Source of the DNA: Flavobacteriales bacterium
GTDB lineage: Bacteria > Bacteroidota > Bacteroidia > Palsa-965
Length of the DNA stretch: 61,676 nucleotides
Direction: 5' to 3'
NCBI GenBank assembly: GCA_040377305.1
Contig: JBEIPA010000029.1
Location: forward strand, 1 to 61,676
This document shows positions 27,576 through 36,955 of this stretch, piece after piece (position 1 is the first letter of the stretch; each line of letters begins with the position of its first letter). Made by a program: the position numbers and the translations under genes. Below the pieces are notes generated by a model. The model did no database searches. It worked only from the letters and a program-made list of their open reading frames with translations, and had not been told where the DNA came from.

Positions 27576-28463
27576 ATGAGTAAGACTCCTTTAGGAAAAT
27601 TAGTGATAATCGGAGGTTCAGTTGACAGAGGCAGTTTCTCTGAAAGTCCGGCTGATCTTCAGCGTAACCTTCGATTCTTTGAAAGAGGAATTCTGAGACG
27701 TATTTGCATTGAATCTGCCCGACTCGAACTTTCACGAATTGAGATTATTACAACTGCTTCGATGATACCTGAAGAAGTTGGTGACGAGTATGTCAAGGCA
27801 TTCGCACAGTTAAAGATGACGAATGTTGGAGTGCTGAATATAAAATCCCGCGAGGGTGCGAATGACCCGGAGGTAATTGAGCGTTTGCGCACTGCTGACG
27901 TGGTAATGTTTACCGGCGGAGATCAGCTTCGGTTGACTTCGATTTTTGGTGGAACAAGTTTTCATCACTTGCTATTGGAGAAATATGAACTGGAGAACTT
28001 CATCATGGCCGGTACTTCTGCCGGAGCTGCTGCAAGTTCAAACAACATGATTTACCAGGGAAGCAGTCACGAAGCCTTGCTTAAAGGTGAAGTGAAAATT
28101 ACCGGTGGACTTGGTTTCATAAACAACGTAATCGTTGATACACACTTTGTGCAGCGCGGACGTATCGGGCGATTGATGTATGCCTGTGCAAGCAATCCGA
28201 TCAATCTTGGAATTGGTTTAGGAGAAGACACCGGATTGCTGATCACTAACGGCAATGACATGGAAGCGATTGGTTCAGGACTGGTGATGCTGGTTGATGC
28301 AACACACATGAAGGACACAAACATGACGGACGTGGAAATGGGCGTGCCTGTTTCCATCGCGAACCTGATTGTACACGTGATGACTTTAGGAGATCATTAC
28401 GATCTGAAGAAGAAGAAACTCACGATTCACAAAGCGGTAGTTAAAGTCGAAACCGACAATTAG
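27576..28463 (+). CDS. cphB: Cyanophycinase (peptidase S51)
   Basis: LVIIGG, FTGGDQLRL, GTSAGA (Ser), DTHFVQRGRIGRL (His), GLGEDT (Glu). Confidence 0.95.
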   Translation: MSKTPLGKLVIIGGSVDRGSFSESPADLQRNLRFFERGILRRICIESARLELSRIEIITTASMIPEEVGDEYVKAFAQLKMTNVGVLNIKSREGANDPEVIERLRTADVVMFTGGDQLRLTSIFGGTSFHHLLLEKYELENFIMAGTSAGAAASSNNMIYQGSSHEALLKGEVKITGGLGFINNVIVDTHFVQRGRIGRLMYACASNPINLGIGLGEDTGLLITNGNDMEAIGSGLVMLVDATHMKDTNMTDVEMGVPVSIANLIVHVMTLGDHYDLKKKKLTIHKAVVKVETDN

Positions 28464-28478
28464 ATTTTGGCTTACCAC

Positions 28479-28570
28479 ACCACGGAGACACGGCGCGCAC
28501 GGCGAAAATTTAATTTTTACGTTTGCAATTAAGTAAAAAAACTTCGCCGTGCTCGCCGTGACTCCGTGGT
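28479..28570. repeat. Long inverted repeat of 9-mer units (ACCACGGAGACACGGCG...CGCCGTGACTCCGTGGT) between convergent genes
   Basis: Arms 28479-28507 and 28543-28570; second copy at 50258-50377. Confidence 0.85.
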
Positions 28571-28575
28571 AAAGC

Positions 28576-29499
28576 TTAGCGATATATCCCAATGTAGATA
28601 TCGGTATCAGAAGAGATTTTGCCTCGATACATTCCATCAGAGTTGAATGGCAGTTCGATATTTCCTTTTGCATCGAGAGCAATCAATCCACCTTCGCCAC
28701 CCAGTTTTACGAGTTTGTCCATCACAACTACGTCGCAGGCTTCTTTCAATGAAAGGCCTTTGTATTCCATGAGACAGGAGATGTCGTAAGCTACAACTGC
28801 GCGAATAAAAAATTCTCCGTGACCCGTGCAGCTGATTGCGCACGTATTGTTGTTCGCATAAGTGCCCGCACCAATAATTGGACTATCTCCAGCGCGACCG
28901 AATTTCTTGTTGGTCATTCCGCCGGTGCTTGTTCCTGCAGCTAAATTTCCGTGAATGTCGAGCGCAACAGCACCAACAGTTCCGAATTTCTTTTCATCGG
29001 TATGATCCATTATCACTGTTCCGCTTTCTTTTGCCTGCTGCAACTGATCGAAACGTTGTTGTGTGAAGAAGTAAGCATCGTCGGCAAATGCGGCACCAAT
29101 GCTTTTCGCGAAAGCTTCAGCGCCTTTTCCGGCAAGCAATACGTGTTCTGATTTTTCCATCACCGCACGCGATAATGAAATCGGATTTTTGATATTGCGA
29201 ACACCTGCAACTGCTCCTGCGGTGAGATCTTTTCCGTTCATGATGGACGCATCGAGTTCATTGAATCCATCATTCGTAAACACAGCTCCTCGTCCGGCGT
29301 TGAAGAGTGGATTATCCTCGAGGGAAATAATCGCCTTCTCAACAGCATCCAAAGCGGAGCCACCGTTTTTCAGCACTGTTTCACCTGCGCGAATTGCATC
29401 CGTTAATGCATTTGTGTAGGCGAGTTCCTTCTCCGGAGTCATGGTGCTTTTCAGGATGGTACCTGCACCGCCATGTATTGCGAGAGCGTATCTGTTCAC
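28576..29499 (-). CDS. iaaA: Isoaspartyl peptidase / plant-type L-asparaginase (Ntn hydrolase)
   Basis: AIHGGAG, LEDNPLFNAGRG, ELDASIM, G|TVGAV nucleophile, TSTGG, GDSPIIGAG, TGHGE; GTG start. Confidence 0.95.
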   Translation of the reverse strand: MNRYALAIHGGAGTILKSTMTPEKELAYTNALTDAIRAGETVLKNGGSALDAVEKAIISLEDNPLFNAGRGAVFTNDGFNELDASIMNGKDLTAGAVAGVRNIKNPISLSRAVMEKSEHVLLAGKGAEAFAKSIGAAFADDAYFFTQQRFDQLQQAKESGTVIMDHTDEKKFGTVGAVALDIHGNLAAGTSTGGMTNKKFGRAGDSPIIGAGTYANNNTCAISCTGHGEFFIRAVVAYDISCLMEYKGLSLKEACDVVVMDKLVKLGGEGGLIALDAKGNIELPFNSDGMYRGKISSDTDIYIGIYR

Positions 29500-29619
29500 T
29501 GTTGTATGGTTAGAAGCTTACTGATAAATAATTTGATTCAGTTCGCACGTCCGAAAATAGTGGCGGAATGTTTGCGGTTTGAACCTCAAATTTACAACAG
29601 GAGGTTGGATTATTCCTGT

Positions 29620-30219
29620 TTATAGTGGCCTCAGATAAACCGAATTATCACTTTTCCTCCCGTGAAATACTGGAACTTCTTCTCCATATCCTGCAATAAC
29701 CGCGAGATAAATTTTTTCACCTTCCGCTAATTGAAGGGTGTGAACCGCCGGAGTCTGATTCACAAGCGAAGCAAATCCAACTGCACAGGTGTCAAGTCCT
29801 ATTGATTTAGCAGCGAGCATTAAATTCTGTGCAGCCAGACCGATATCCATTGCCGCCCAATTGTCGTCTGCAGGACCAGCGAAGAGGATGACCAGAGGCG
29901 CATTGTAGAAAATGGCGTCATCGTGTTCCATAATATTCGTGTTATGTGCAAGGTGAAACTGCGATTCCGCCACTTTCATGATTTCAACGGACAAGTCGCG
30001 TATGTCTTTGCTGTTATCAAGTATAATAAAACGATAAGGCTGACGATTCATAGCCGATGGAGCCATACGCGCAGCTTCGATCAGTTGATTCGTGATCGTG
30101 CGTTCCACTGTTTTGTAGCGGTACTTTCTTACGGCTCTTCGCTGATAAATGGTTCTTAACACCAAATTGTCTGTAGTAGGTTGAGGAGCAGGAGAAGTGT
30201 TTGGTGCTTTCGTTTCCAT
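29620..30219 (-). CDS. Nitroreductase family protein
   Basis: RRAVRKY, APSAMNRQPY, DIGLAAQNLMLAA..GLDTC. Confidence 0.92.
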   Translation of the reverse strand: METKAPNTSPAPQPTTDNLVLRTIYQRRAVRKYRYKTVERTITNQLIEAARMAPSAMNRQPYRFIILDNSKDIRDLSVEIMKVAESQFHLAHNTNIMEHDDAIFYNAPLVILFAGPADDNWAAMDIGLAAQNLMLAAKSIGLDTCAVGFASLVNQTPAVHTLQLAEGEKIYLAVIAGYGEEVPVFHGRKSDNSVYLRPL

Positions 30220-30349
30220 AAGATGATCAGATTTGCGGTAAAATTAAGTGGAGTCCTGAGAAGGGTAGGTGATATGAATTAGGTGAAAAAATGTTCTTCG
30301 TCATTTGCGGGTCGCACGATTGCTTTCACATTTGTAAAAAAGAGCGACT

Positions 30350-30613
30350 ATGCAGCCACAAGTATTTTGTCAAAGCTGTAGCATGCCGATTGACGATGTT
30401 GACATGCGTGGAACAGAAAAAAACGGATCGAAATCCGGGGAGTATTGCATGTACTGTTATGCAAACGGAGCGTTTACCGATCCACAGGCTACTCTGGAAG
30501 ACATGAAGGTGATTGTCAAAACGCAGATGGAGAAGCGGCACATTCATGAGCAGATCATCCAAACGGCATTGACCACGCTGCCACATCTGAAGCGGTGGAA
30601 TCGAATGGGCTGA
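30350..30613 (+). CDS. Zinc-ribbon domain protein (Zn_ribbon_2 type)
   Basis: FCQSCSMP, GTEKNGSKS.EYCMYCY.NG.F, LPHLKRW. Confidence 0.85.
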   Translation: MQPQVFCQSCSMPIDDVDMRGTEKNGSKSGEYCMYCYANGAFTDPQATLEDMKVIVKTQMEKRHIHEQIIQTALTTLPHLKRWNRMG

Positions 30614-30651
30614 ATAAACTGTGTTGCACTATTTCACAACAAGTAAATCAA

Positions 30652-30823
30652 ATGGCCGTTTCAAAACTCAACAAAGCCTGGCATCTTAAAAAATGTGATG
30701 CCCAAGAATGCAACAATCGATCAACGTATCGAATGGCATCTCGCGCACGTGAAGAACTGCGGGTGCAGAAAAATTGAAGGTAAAATTGCGGAGGAAATGA
30801 AAAAGAGAGGGATTCGATTCTGA
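30652..30823 (+). pseudogene. Frameshifted 56-aa small His/Cys protein
   Basis: Removing one A from the A6 run at 30688-30693 gives MAVSKLNKAWHLKNVMPKNATIDQRIEWHLAHVKNCGCRKIEGKIAEEMKKRGIRF*. Confidence 0.7.
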
Positions 30824-30951
30824 AGTCCGATCAGCTCATAGCGAATTGTCATAGGTCCTTGTTGATCCACGCATACAGGTGTTTCGGATACGTAAAAAGG
30901 CGTATGGTTTTTCCACGCAAATGGAAGTAATTTGCGTAGAAACGAAATGAG

Positions 30952-31674
30952 ATGAAACGACTTTCTATTCTATTGTTGTTTTTGCCGGGGATATTACTTG
31001 CGCAACCTTATCACTGGGATGCTGAAGTAATTCCTACCGGAGCAAAAGGAATTGAAATGCCGGTGATGAAACATGTATACAGTTTCTCCCGGGACGAGTA
31101 CATTATCACGAACGATTCGGATTACGTTTCATTTTTTCACGACAGCGTTATTCCGCGACTTCCCAAAATTGACTTTACTCGCTATGAGTTGTTGACCACG
31201 GCTTATTGTATGCAGTGTGCTACCGTTTGTCGTGGAAGTACAAGCTGTCACCGAAATGCGTGCAGATATACGCGCCGCTGGTTTCTGTCAGATAAGCACA
31301 ATAGAATTGCGGTGTTTGCAGATACGCTCAACCTGGGCCGTTGTGACTACTTCGCAACATATACCAATGGAGATGTTTGTGAGAGCGATAGCTGTTTTGC
31401 CAAACTGAAGAAAGGTTGCAAAGAACTGAATGACTCCATGGTGGACTTCAGCAAACAAACGGTTCTATCCCGTCACATGGATATGGACTGCGCGGCTCAA
31501 GTGGAACAGGATTTATATCTCGACACAGCGAATCATGTTCTTGTATGGCGCGTTTCTGTTGGATATGGAGGATGTCATGGGATGCAACAACGATCACTGA
31601 TTCTTGCAGTGCCGAAATTGCCGGATGGATATACCGTGCAGTTCGAAACATATGACCTCTGGAGAGAGTGGTAA
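30952..31674 (+). CDS. Secreted Cys-rich protein with two internal repeats
   Basis: Signal peptide; halves contain KIDFTRYELL and MVDFSKQTVL; numerous Cys. Confidence 0.7.
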   Translation: MKRLSILLLFLPGILLAQPYHWDAEVIPTGAKGIEMPVMKHVYSFSRDEYIITNDSDYVSFFHDSVIPRLPKIDFTRYELLTTAYCMQCATVCRGSTSCHRNACRYTRRWFLSDKHNRIAVFADTLNLGRCDYFATYTNGDVCESDSCFAKLKKGCKELNDSMVDFSKQTVLSRHMDMDCAAQVEQDLYLDTANHVLVWRVSVGYGGCHGMQQRSLILAVPKLPDGYTVQFETYDLWREW

Positions 31675-31693
31675 GTTTGGCTTTCCGCTAAAT

Positions 31694-31727
31694 AAAAAAG
31701 CGAGAGAAACCGAAGTTCCTCTCGCTT
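31694..31727. terminator. Terminator between convergent genes (T-run on minus strand)
   Basis: aaaaaagcgagag-aaaccgaagttc-ctctcgctt. Confidence 0.75.
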
Positions 31728-31744
31728 GAATAAAAGTTTCAGAA

Positions 31745-34132
31745 TTATTTCTGAACTGAAATCTGCATCGTGTGTGTCTCGTTAGCACTGGTCAAACGCA
31801 ACATGTACATGCCGTCTGCAACATGGTCGAGTGAAATTTGTTTCGTGTAACCCGACTGCACATTGTTTTCTGATGAAGAATAAACAACGCGTCCCTGGAG
31901 GTCAACGATTTCAACGAGCATATCGCCTACGTTTGCGTTCGCAACCAAAGTGAATACACCTGCATTTGGATTCGGGTAAATGTTCACTGAATTTTCCAGT
32001 GTCACAGCTGCAACCGAAAGACAAAGATCAACATTGATTGTTGCCTGCGCAGTATCTGAACAACCGTTACCATCTGTGAATGAATACACGGTTGTGTGTA
32101 TTCCAGAACCAGCTGTCATCGGATCGAAAGACATTGCCGTAACGCCGGGACCACTCCACGTGCCACCAACCGGAGAACCGGTGAGTGCAACTACGGCGTC
32201 ATCGAGGCAAACCATATTCATAGCTGCTATCGCTGTTACAGTAGGGAGTGCATTTACGGTTACAGTCGCAACATCTGTATTTGAACAGCCGTTAGCATCT
32301 GTACCAGTTACAGTATAAGTGTCAGTAACGGTTGGAGTAAACGCCACGCCGTCATTAACGCCGCCTGTCCAAACATAAGTTGAAGCACCGCTTCCGTTAA
32401 GCGTTACCATGCCACCATCGCATACTGCAGCTGCAGTGCTTTGCGCCACAACAAGTGGAAGCTGATTAACTACAACAGTTGTTGTTGCTGTGTTTGTACA
32501 ACCGTTTGCATCTGTGCCGGTTACTGTGTACGTGTCGGTTGCAACCGGAGAGAACGGAACTGCATCCATTGCACCGCCGGTCCACACATACGTTGCTGCA
32601 CCGCTTCCGCTAAGTGTTACAGGATCTCCGAAGCAAATTACAGGAACGCTGCTTTGTGCCATAACTGTAGGAAGTGCATTCACGGTTACAGTTGTTGTTG
32701 CTGTGTTTGAGCAGCCGTTTGCATCTGTTCCGGTTACGGTATACGTGTCGGTTGAAGCAGGAGAGAAGGGAACTGCATCTGTAGCTCCACCAGTCCAAAC
32801 ATAACTTGATGCGCCCGATCCGGTGAGTGTAACACTACCGCCGAAACAGATCGTTGGTGTACTGCTTTGTGCAACTACAGTTGGAAGTGTATGCACAGTA
32901 ACTGTTGTTGTTGCCGTGTTGGTGCAACCATTACCATCTGTTCCTGTAACCGTGTACGTGTTAGTCATGACCGGATTAAATGGAACAGCATCTGTAATTC
33001 CCCCGGTCCACACATAAGAAGTTGCACCACTGCCACTGAGTGTTACACTTCCGCCCGGACAAACAGCTAGTGTTGTACTGTTGATTGTTACTGTTGGAGG
33101 TGGAATGATTGTATAAGTGAAAGTAGTTGCAGGACTAGAACCACAAATGTTGTCTGCAGTTACAGAAATAGTTCCTGAAAGCGTAGTCGACGTTACATTG
33201 ATTGAAGTTGTTCCCTGACCGGAGTTAATTGTTCCGGATGTAACACTCCACGTGTAGGAAGTAGCTCCTGCAACAGGATTGATTGAAAATACATTTGTTG
33301 AATTCGCGCAGAAGTTGAGTGAACCGCTAATTGAACTTGGAGAAGCAGGAGTTCCCGGTACTGCAGTGATAATAATTTGTCCGTTTCCGCTTCTTGTTCC
33401 TGCAGTTGTTGATGTGTTTGTACTTCCCGGATAGGAAATGTAACTCGATCCGCCGCCACCAGCAGAAACATATCCGCCACCTCCACCGTACCAACCTCCG
33501 CCACCAGCACCGCCTGTGCAATACGTATTGACAGGATTACCATCGCCACCAATACCAAATGTTCCTGATGGAGCCTGTTGCATATTTCCGGTGTACAATC
33601 CACCAATACCACCGGCAGACTGAGTTCCACCTTTTCCGTGCGTACCGGCAATCCAGCTTGCTGCACCATCAACTCCGAGTGTACCGCCGCCAGAGCCACC
33701 TAAACCGCTGCCCCAGCCACTTCCGCCACCACCACCGGCAACAACCATACGATCGTTCAGGCTTGCCGTTGTGCGAACATCTGACGCACCACCACCTGGC
33801 CAACCTTCGTTACCACCACCGCATGGCAGAACAATTGTTGCACCACCGCCGTTGAATCCTCCGGCACCAAGTTGCGCTGTGGGTCTTCCGCCAACATAGA
33901 TATACAATGTGCTTCCCGGAACTACAGGCACTGTTGCGACTGCATGTCCACCGAGACCACCTGTCGGTCCGCCACCCTGTGCACCTAATGCATCGATGGT
34001 AACCGTTGTAACACAAGGAGGAACGACAAAGGTCTGAACAGCACCTGTGTAATTGTAAGTTGTCTGCGCAGCGACTTCGTAGCTTGTGCTACCAAGTATG
34101 GCACAGACAATGACTGAGTAAATTTTTTTCAT
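31745..34132 (-). CDS. T9SS-secreted protein: glycine-rich N-domain, PKD-like domain, four ~71-aa Ig-like repeats, type A CTD
   Basis: GGGASDVR / VAGGGGG / GGGGWYGGGGG; repeats VTLSGSGA.SYVWTGG..DAVPF.P..TDTYTVTGTDANGC.NTAT; CTD IYPNP...DLQGR...GMYML. Confidence 0.88.
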   Translation of the reverse strand: MKKIYSVIVCAILGSTSYEVAAQTTYNYTGAVQTFVVPPCVTTVTIDALGAQGGGPTGGLGGHAVATVPVVPGSTLYIYVGGRPTAQLGAGGFNGGGATIVLPCGGGNEGWPGGGASDVRTTASLNDRMVVAGGGGGSGWGSGLGGSGGGTLGVDGAASWIAGTHGKGGTQSAGGIGGLYTGNMQQAPSGTFGIGGDGNPVNTYCTGGAGGGGWYGGGGGYVSAGGGGSSYISYPGSTNTSTTAGTRSGNGQIIITAVPGTPASPSSISGSLNFCANSTNVFSINPVAGATSYTWSVTSGTINSGQGTTSINVTSTTLSGTISVTADNICGSSPATTFTYTIIPPPTVTINSTTLAVCPGGSVTLSGSGATSYVWTGGITDAVPFNPVMTNTYTVTGTDGNGCTNTATTTVTVHTLPTVVAQSSTPTICFGGSVTLTGSGASSYVWTGGATDAVPFSPASTDTYTVTGTDANGCSNTATTTVTVNALPTVMAQSSVPVICFGDPVTLSGSGAATYVWTGGAMDAVPFSPVATDTYTVTGTDANGCTNTATTTVVVNQLPLVVAQSTAAAVCDGGMVTLNGSGASTYVWTGGVNDGVAFTPTVTDTYTVTGTDANGCSNTDVATVTVNALPTVTAIAAMNMVCLDDAVVALTGSPVGGTWSGPGVTAMSFDPMTAGSGIHTTVYSFTDGNGCSDTAQATINVDLCLSVAAVTLENSVNIYPNPNAGVFTLVANANVGDMLVEIVDLQGRVVYSSSENNVQSGYTKQISLDHVADGMYMLRLTSANETHTMQISVQK

Positions 34133-34278
34133 CTGAAAGTTTTGTGTTTATAAGATTTGCTCCTACAATATAACGAAATCCGGCACGCGACCAAGAAACT
34201 TCAACGGAAGCATATACCTACACGACCGGTCACAAACTCTTCCCGACGAAAACTGTTGCGATGAATCTGGAAATTGAA

Positions 34279-34512
34279 TTACCCGCCAACTTTATTCACC
34301 AGGCGAATGTATTCTTCTTCCATTTTCTTGCGAGCCCATTCAGTTTTGCGCAGAAATTTCAGGCTTGAGTTGACAGAGGGATTGCTTTTGAAACAATTCA
34401 CTGGAATACGCTGAGCAAGTTCATTCCAGCCGTAGTAATCGCTGAGATAGGTTACGATGTACTCGAGTGTTTTTCCGTGAAGTGGATTATTTGGTTGGGA
34501 GGGAATGGTCAT
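34279..34512 (-). CDS. VF530 / DUF2132 family DNA-binding protein
   Basis: QPNNPLHGKTLE...YYGW.EL...CF.SNPSVNSSLKFLRKTEWAR. Confidence 0.92.
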   Translation of the reverse strand: MTIPSQPNNPLHGKTLEYIVTYLSDYYGWNELAQRIPVNCFKSNPSVNSSLKFLRKTEWARKKMEEEYIRLVNKVGG

Positions 34513-34530
34513 TTGGTGCTGCGTTGGTGA

Positions 34531-35211
34531 TCACATTATTCTTGTGCTCACTTTTTTGGTGGGTCTATACTGTTTCGGATACCAATTGATGGCAGTATGT
34601 ACGCTCAGATCAAACACCGAAGTAGTTAAGCTGTCAATTACTTCGCCTTCCAAATAATATACAGTGACCATTTTAGATGGATAGAGTGAGAGCGAAGCAA
34701 ATATATTTTTCAATCCAAGTGTGAAACATATTTTCGGTAACAGAAACGTTCCGGATTCATCCGGAATTGCCGAGCGGAAAAATTCTAACCCGGTGGAAAC
34801 TCCGGCTCCAAACTTTCCCTTGTGAGGATTAGCAGCTGTGCCAGTTCGAATTCCCACCATTAATGGAATGCGTATGTTCCAGTTCCGTGCCTTTTCAATT
34901 GGCGTCTTGGAAATTTCCTGACGACCCTTATTAAGTAAAAGGCCACTTTCAACACCTATGGCTATTTTTTCGAAAGCTGAAGTTCCGAAATTGAGTGAAT
35001 ACCACGTTGTGACACCAAATCCGGTGGCAAGGAAGTCTCGTTCAATATCTATTGCCTGGTAATACAGTGGTGGAGAATGACCGTCCTCAGGAACATATAC
35101 TTTTCCATCCTGCGTGCAATTCAAAAAACCAACGCGAGGTTCAATACGAATGTGCTGTCCGATTGCAGGAATCAGCAAGACAAGAAAAGCACAAACAAAA
35201 AATGGTTTCAT
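34531..35211 (-). CDS. Putative outer-membrane beta-barrel protein (paralog of 36239-36955)
   Basis: Signal peptide, amphipathic beta strands; shares GH.P.LYY, WY..NF.T..FEK, GKFG, RS.IP.E.GT..LPKI with the paralog. Confidence 0.65.
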   Translation of the reverse strand: MKPFFVCAFLVLLIPAIGQHIRIEPRVGFLNCTQDGKVYVPEDGHSPPLYYQAIDIERDFLATGFGVTTWYSLNFGTSAFEKIAIGVESGLLLNKGRQEISKTPIEKARNWNIRIPLMVGIRTGTAANPHKGKFGAGVSTGLEFFRSAIPDESGTFLLPKICFTLGLKNIFASLSLYPSKMVTVYYLEGEVIDSLTTSVFDLSVHTAINWYPKQYRPTKKVSTRIM

Positions 35212-35212
35212 T

Positions 35213-36202
35213 TTATTCCAATGTAATTATTCCAACAAAGTAAGAGCTATCGCCATACCCACTGGCTACAATCGTGTTTGAGCTTGTTATGCACATGCTA
35301 TAGTAGGTATAACTATCAATTATCTCGGCATTTCTTAAGGCGCAATATTCCCACGTACCACCAAAATTACGCGACAATAGGAATGCTCCATGACCATAAG
35401 CAACCACCAATCCATTTTCATCCGCGTCTATAAATTCAACATGCGATTCGGGATCATTAAAACATTCGCTCCAGGTTGTCCCAAAATCGGTGGATCGACG
35501 TATGACTCCTTCATCACCAACAGCAAACGCATAACTGCTGTATCCTGCTACGGAATAATCAAGACATTCGTAGTTGTCTAGTACTTGATTCCACGAAACT
35601 CCACCATTCTGCGTTTTCATGAGTTGCCGATACTGAATTCGCGAGTATCCAAGGGTGGAATTAAGAAAGAAAATATTATTGAGTTCAATATTCCCTTGAC
35701 TGACATTATTCCATGTTGCACCACCATCCAGACTTTTTTGGAATGGGTTCGAAGAACCGTCGAACCAGATAAATCCATTTTCACCATCAACAAAATGTCC
35801 GGAGCACCCGTACGTGCCACCGATACGTTGATAAACAATAGGCCAGTTTTGTCCGCCGTCTGTTGTTCGTCGGATATAAAGGTTTGGACTATCCAGAGTG
35901 TAAGCAAATGCGGTGTCACGGGAAACGTAATCCAGGTCGACGATCGTACTGTTGATCAATTGAAGAGAAACTGTCCAGGTGTGACCACCATCCGTGGTTG
36001 TGTATACTCTGTAGCCGTCGCGAACCATCATCCCGTGCTGGGAATCGGCAAACTCTATCATCGTGACATTACCTGTAAAGGTTTTTTCAAAATTGAGTGA
36101 AGGAAGAGGTTCTAGTTCGATCCTGTGTTTAGTGCAGGTGCTAAACATGGATGATAACAAAATCACCAGAACTACAGTTGAAATTCTCAGCAAAAACCTC
36201 AT
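35213..36202 (-). CDS. BNR/Asp-box (YCF48-like) beta-propeller lipoprotein
   Basis: Lipobox FSTC; TTDGGHTW, TTDGGQNW, SLDGGATW, TQNGGVSW, STDFGTTW, SRNFGGTW. Confidence 0.85.
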   Translation of the reverse strand: MRFLLRISTVVLVILLSSMFSTCTKHRIELEPLPSLNFEKTFTGNVTMIEFADSQHGMMVRDGYRVYTTTDGGHTWTVSLQLINSTIVDLDYVSRDTAFAYTLDSPNLYIRRTTDGGQNWPIVYQRIGGTYGCSGHFVDGENGFIWFDGSSNPFQKSLDGGATWNNVSQGNIELNNIFFLNSTLGYSRIQYRQLMKTQNGGVSWNQVLDNYECLDYSVAGYSSYAFAVGDEGVIRRSTDFGTTWSECFNDPESHVEFIDADENGLVVAYGHGAFLLSRNFGGTWEYCALRNAEIIDSYTYYSMCITSSNTIVASGYGDSSYFVGIITLE

Positions 36203-36238
36203 CCCCGAATTTACTTAAAATCCCGAAAGGCCAGCGAC

Positions 36239-36955
36239 TCAACGCGTTTCGAACAGTTCGAGTTTTTTATCTCCACGATACGGTTTCGCGTAGCGCGTAA
36301 TTCCAAAACGCACACCGAAATCGTAAAACAATGTCTTCTGACGTAATACTCTTTCGCCATTCATCTGGTAATAGCTCTTGATGGAAACCGGATAAACTCC
36401 AACGAAGAAGTTTACCTTTTTTACATTGATCATTCCTTCAATTTTAGGTAGGATGTAAGTTCCGGTTTCATTCGGAATTGATGAACGCAGAATCTCAACA
36501 CCGGCAGCTAAGCAGAATCCGAATTTGCCGTAATATCTTCTGTCTACACAGGAACCATGTCGCATGCTGATGAGTATTGGAAAACGGAGATTCGTTCCTT
36601 TCGGATCGTCCTGAGGAATCACAGACTGATTCGCACGACCCGCATTCACATGCATTCCGGTTTCAAAACCGATTCCAAATTTCTCGAAGCTTGCCGTTGC
36701 AAAGTTGACCGCATACCAGGCACGCACACCAACACCGGGGCAGGAGGAACCTTGATCAATTAACTGCGGATCATAATACAAAACCGGATCGTGACCGTTG
36801 TAGTTACTGTAAATCTCTCCGTTCTGACCAATGTTAAATACATCGAGACTGATTTCAACACGCACCTGATGCTTGAAACTGGTGAAGTCCTGCGCGAACG
36901 AATGACTCGTGGTTAACAGTGTAATCAGTCCGGTAAAGTATAACGCGCGCATCAT
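36239..36955 (-). CDS. Putative outer-membrane beta-barrel protein (paralog of 34531-35211)
   Basis: Start ATG overlaps the upstream TGA; signal peptide ending SFA; terminal strand YDFGVRFG. Confidence 0.65.
   Translation of the reverse strand: MMRALYFTGLITLLTTSHSFAQDFTSFKHQVRVEISLDVFNIGQNGEIYSNYNGHDPVLYYDPQLIDQGSSCPGVGVRAWYAVNFATASFEKFGIGFETGMHVNAGRANQSVIPQDDPKGTNLRFPILISMRHGSCVDRRYYGKFGFCLAAGVEILRSSIPNETGTYILPKIEGMINVKKVNFFVGVYPVSIKSYYQMNGERVLRQKTLFYDFGVRFGITRYAKPYRGDKKLELFETR

Noticed and set aside
30269-30282. Fnr-like TGA-N6-TCA site upstream of the nitroreductase
   Set aside because: Imperfect (tgatatgaatta) and single; too weak to call.
30595-30777. 60-aa ORF from the track
   Set aside because: Better explained as the out-of-frame read of the frameshifted gene at 30652-30823.
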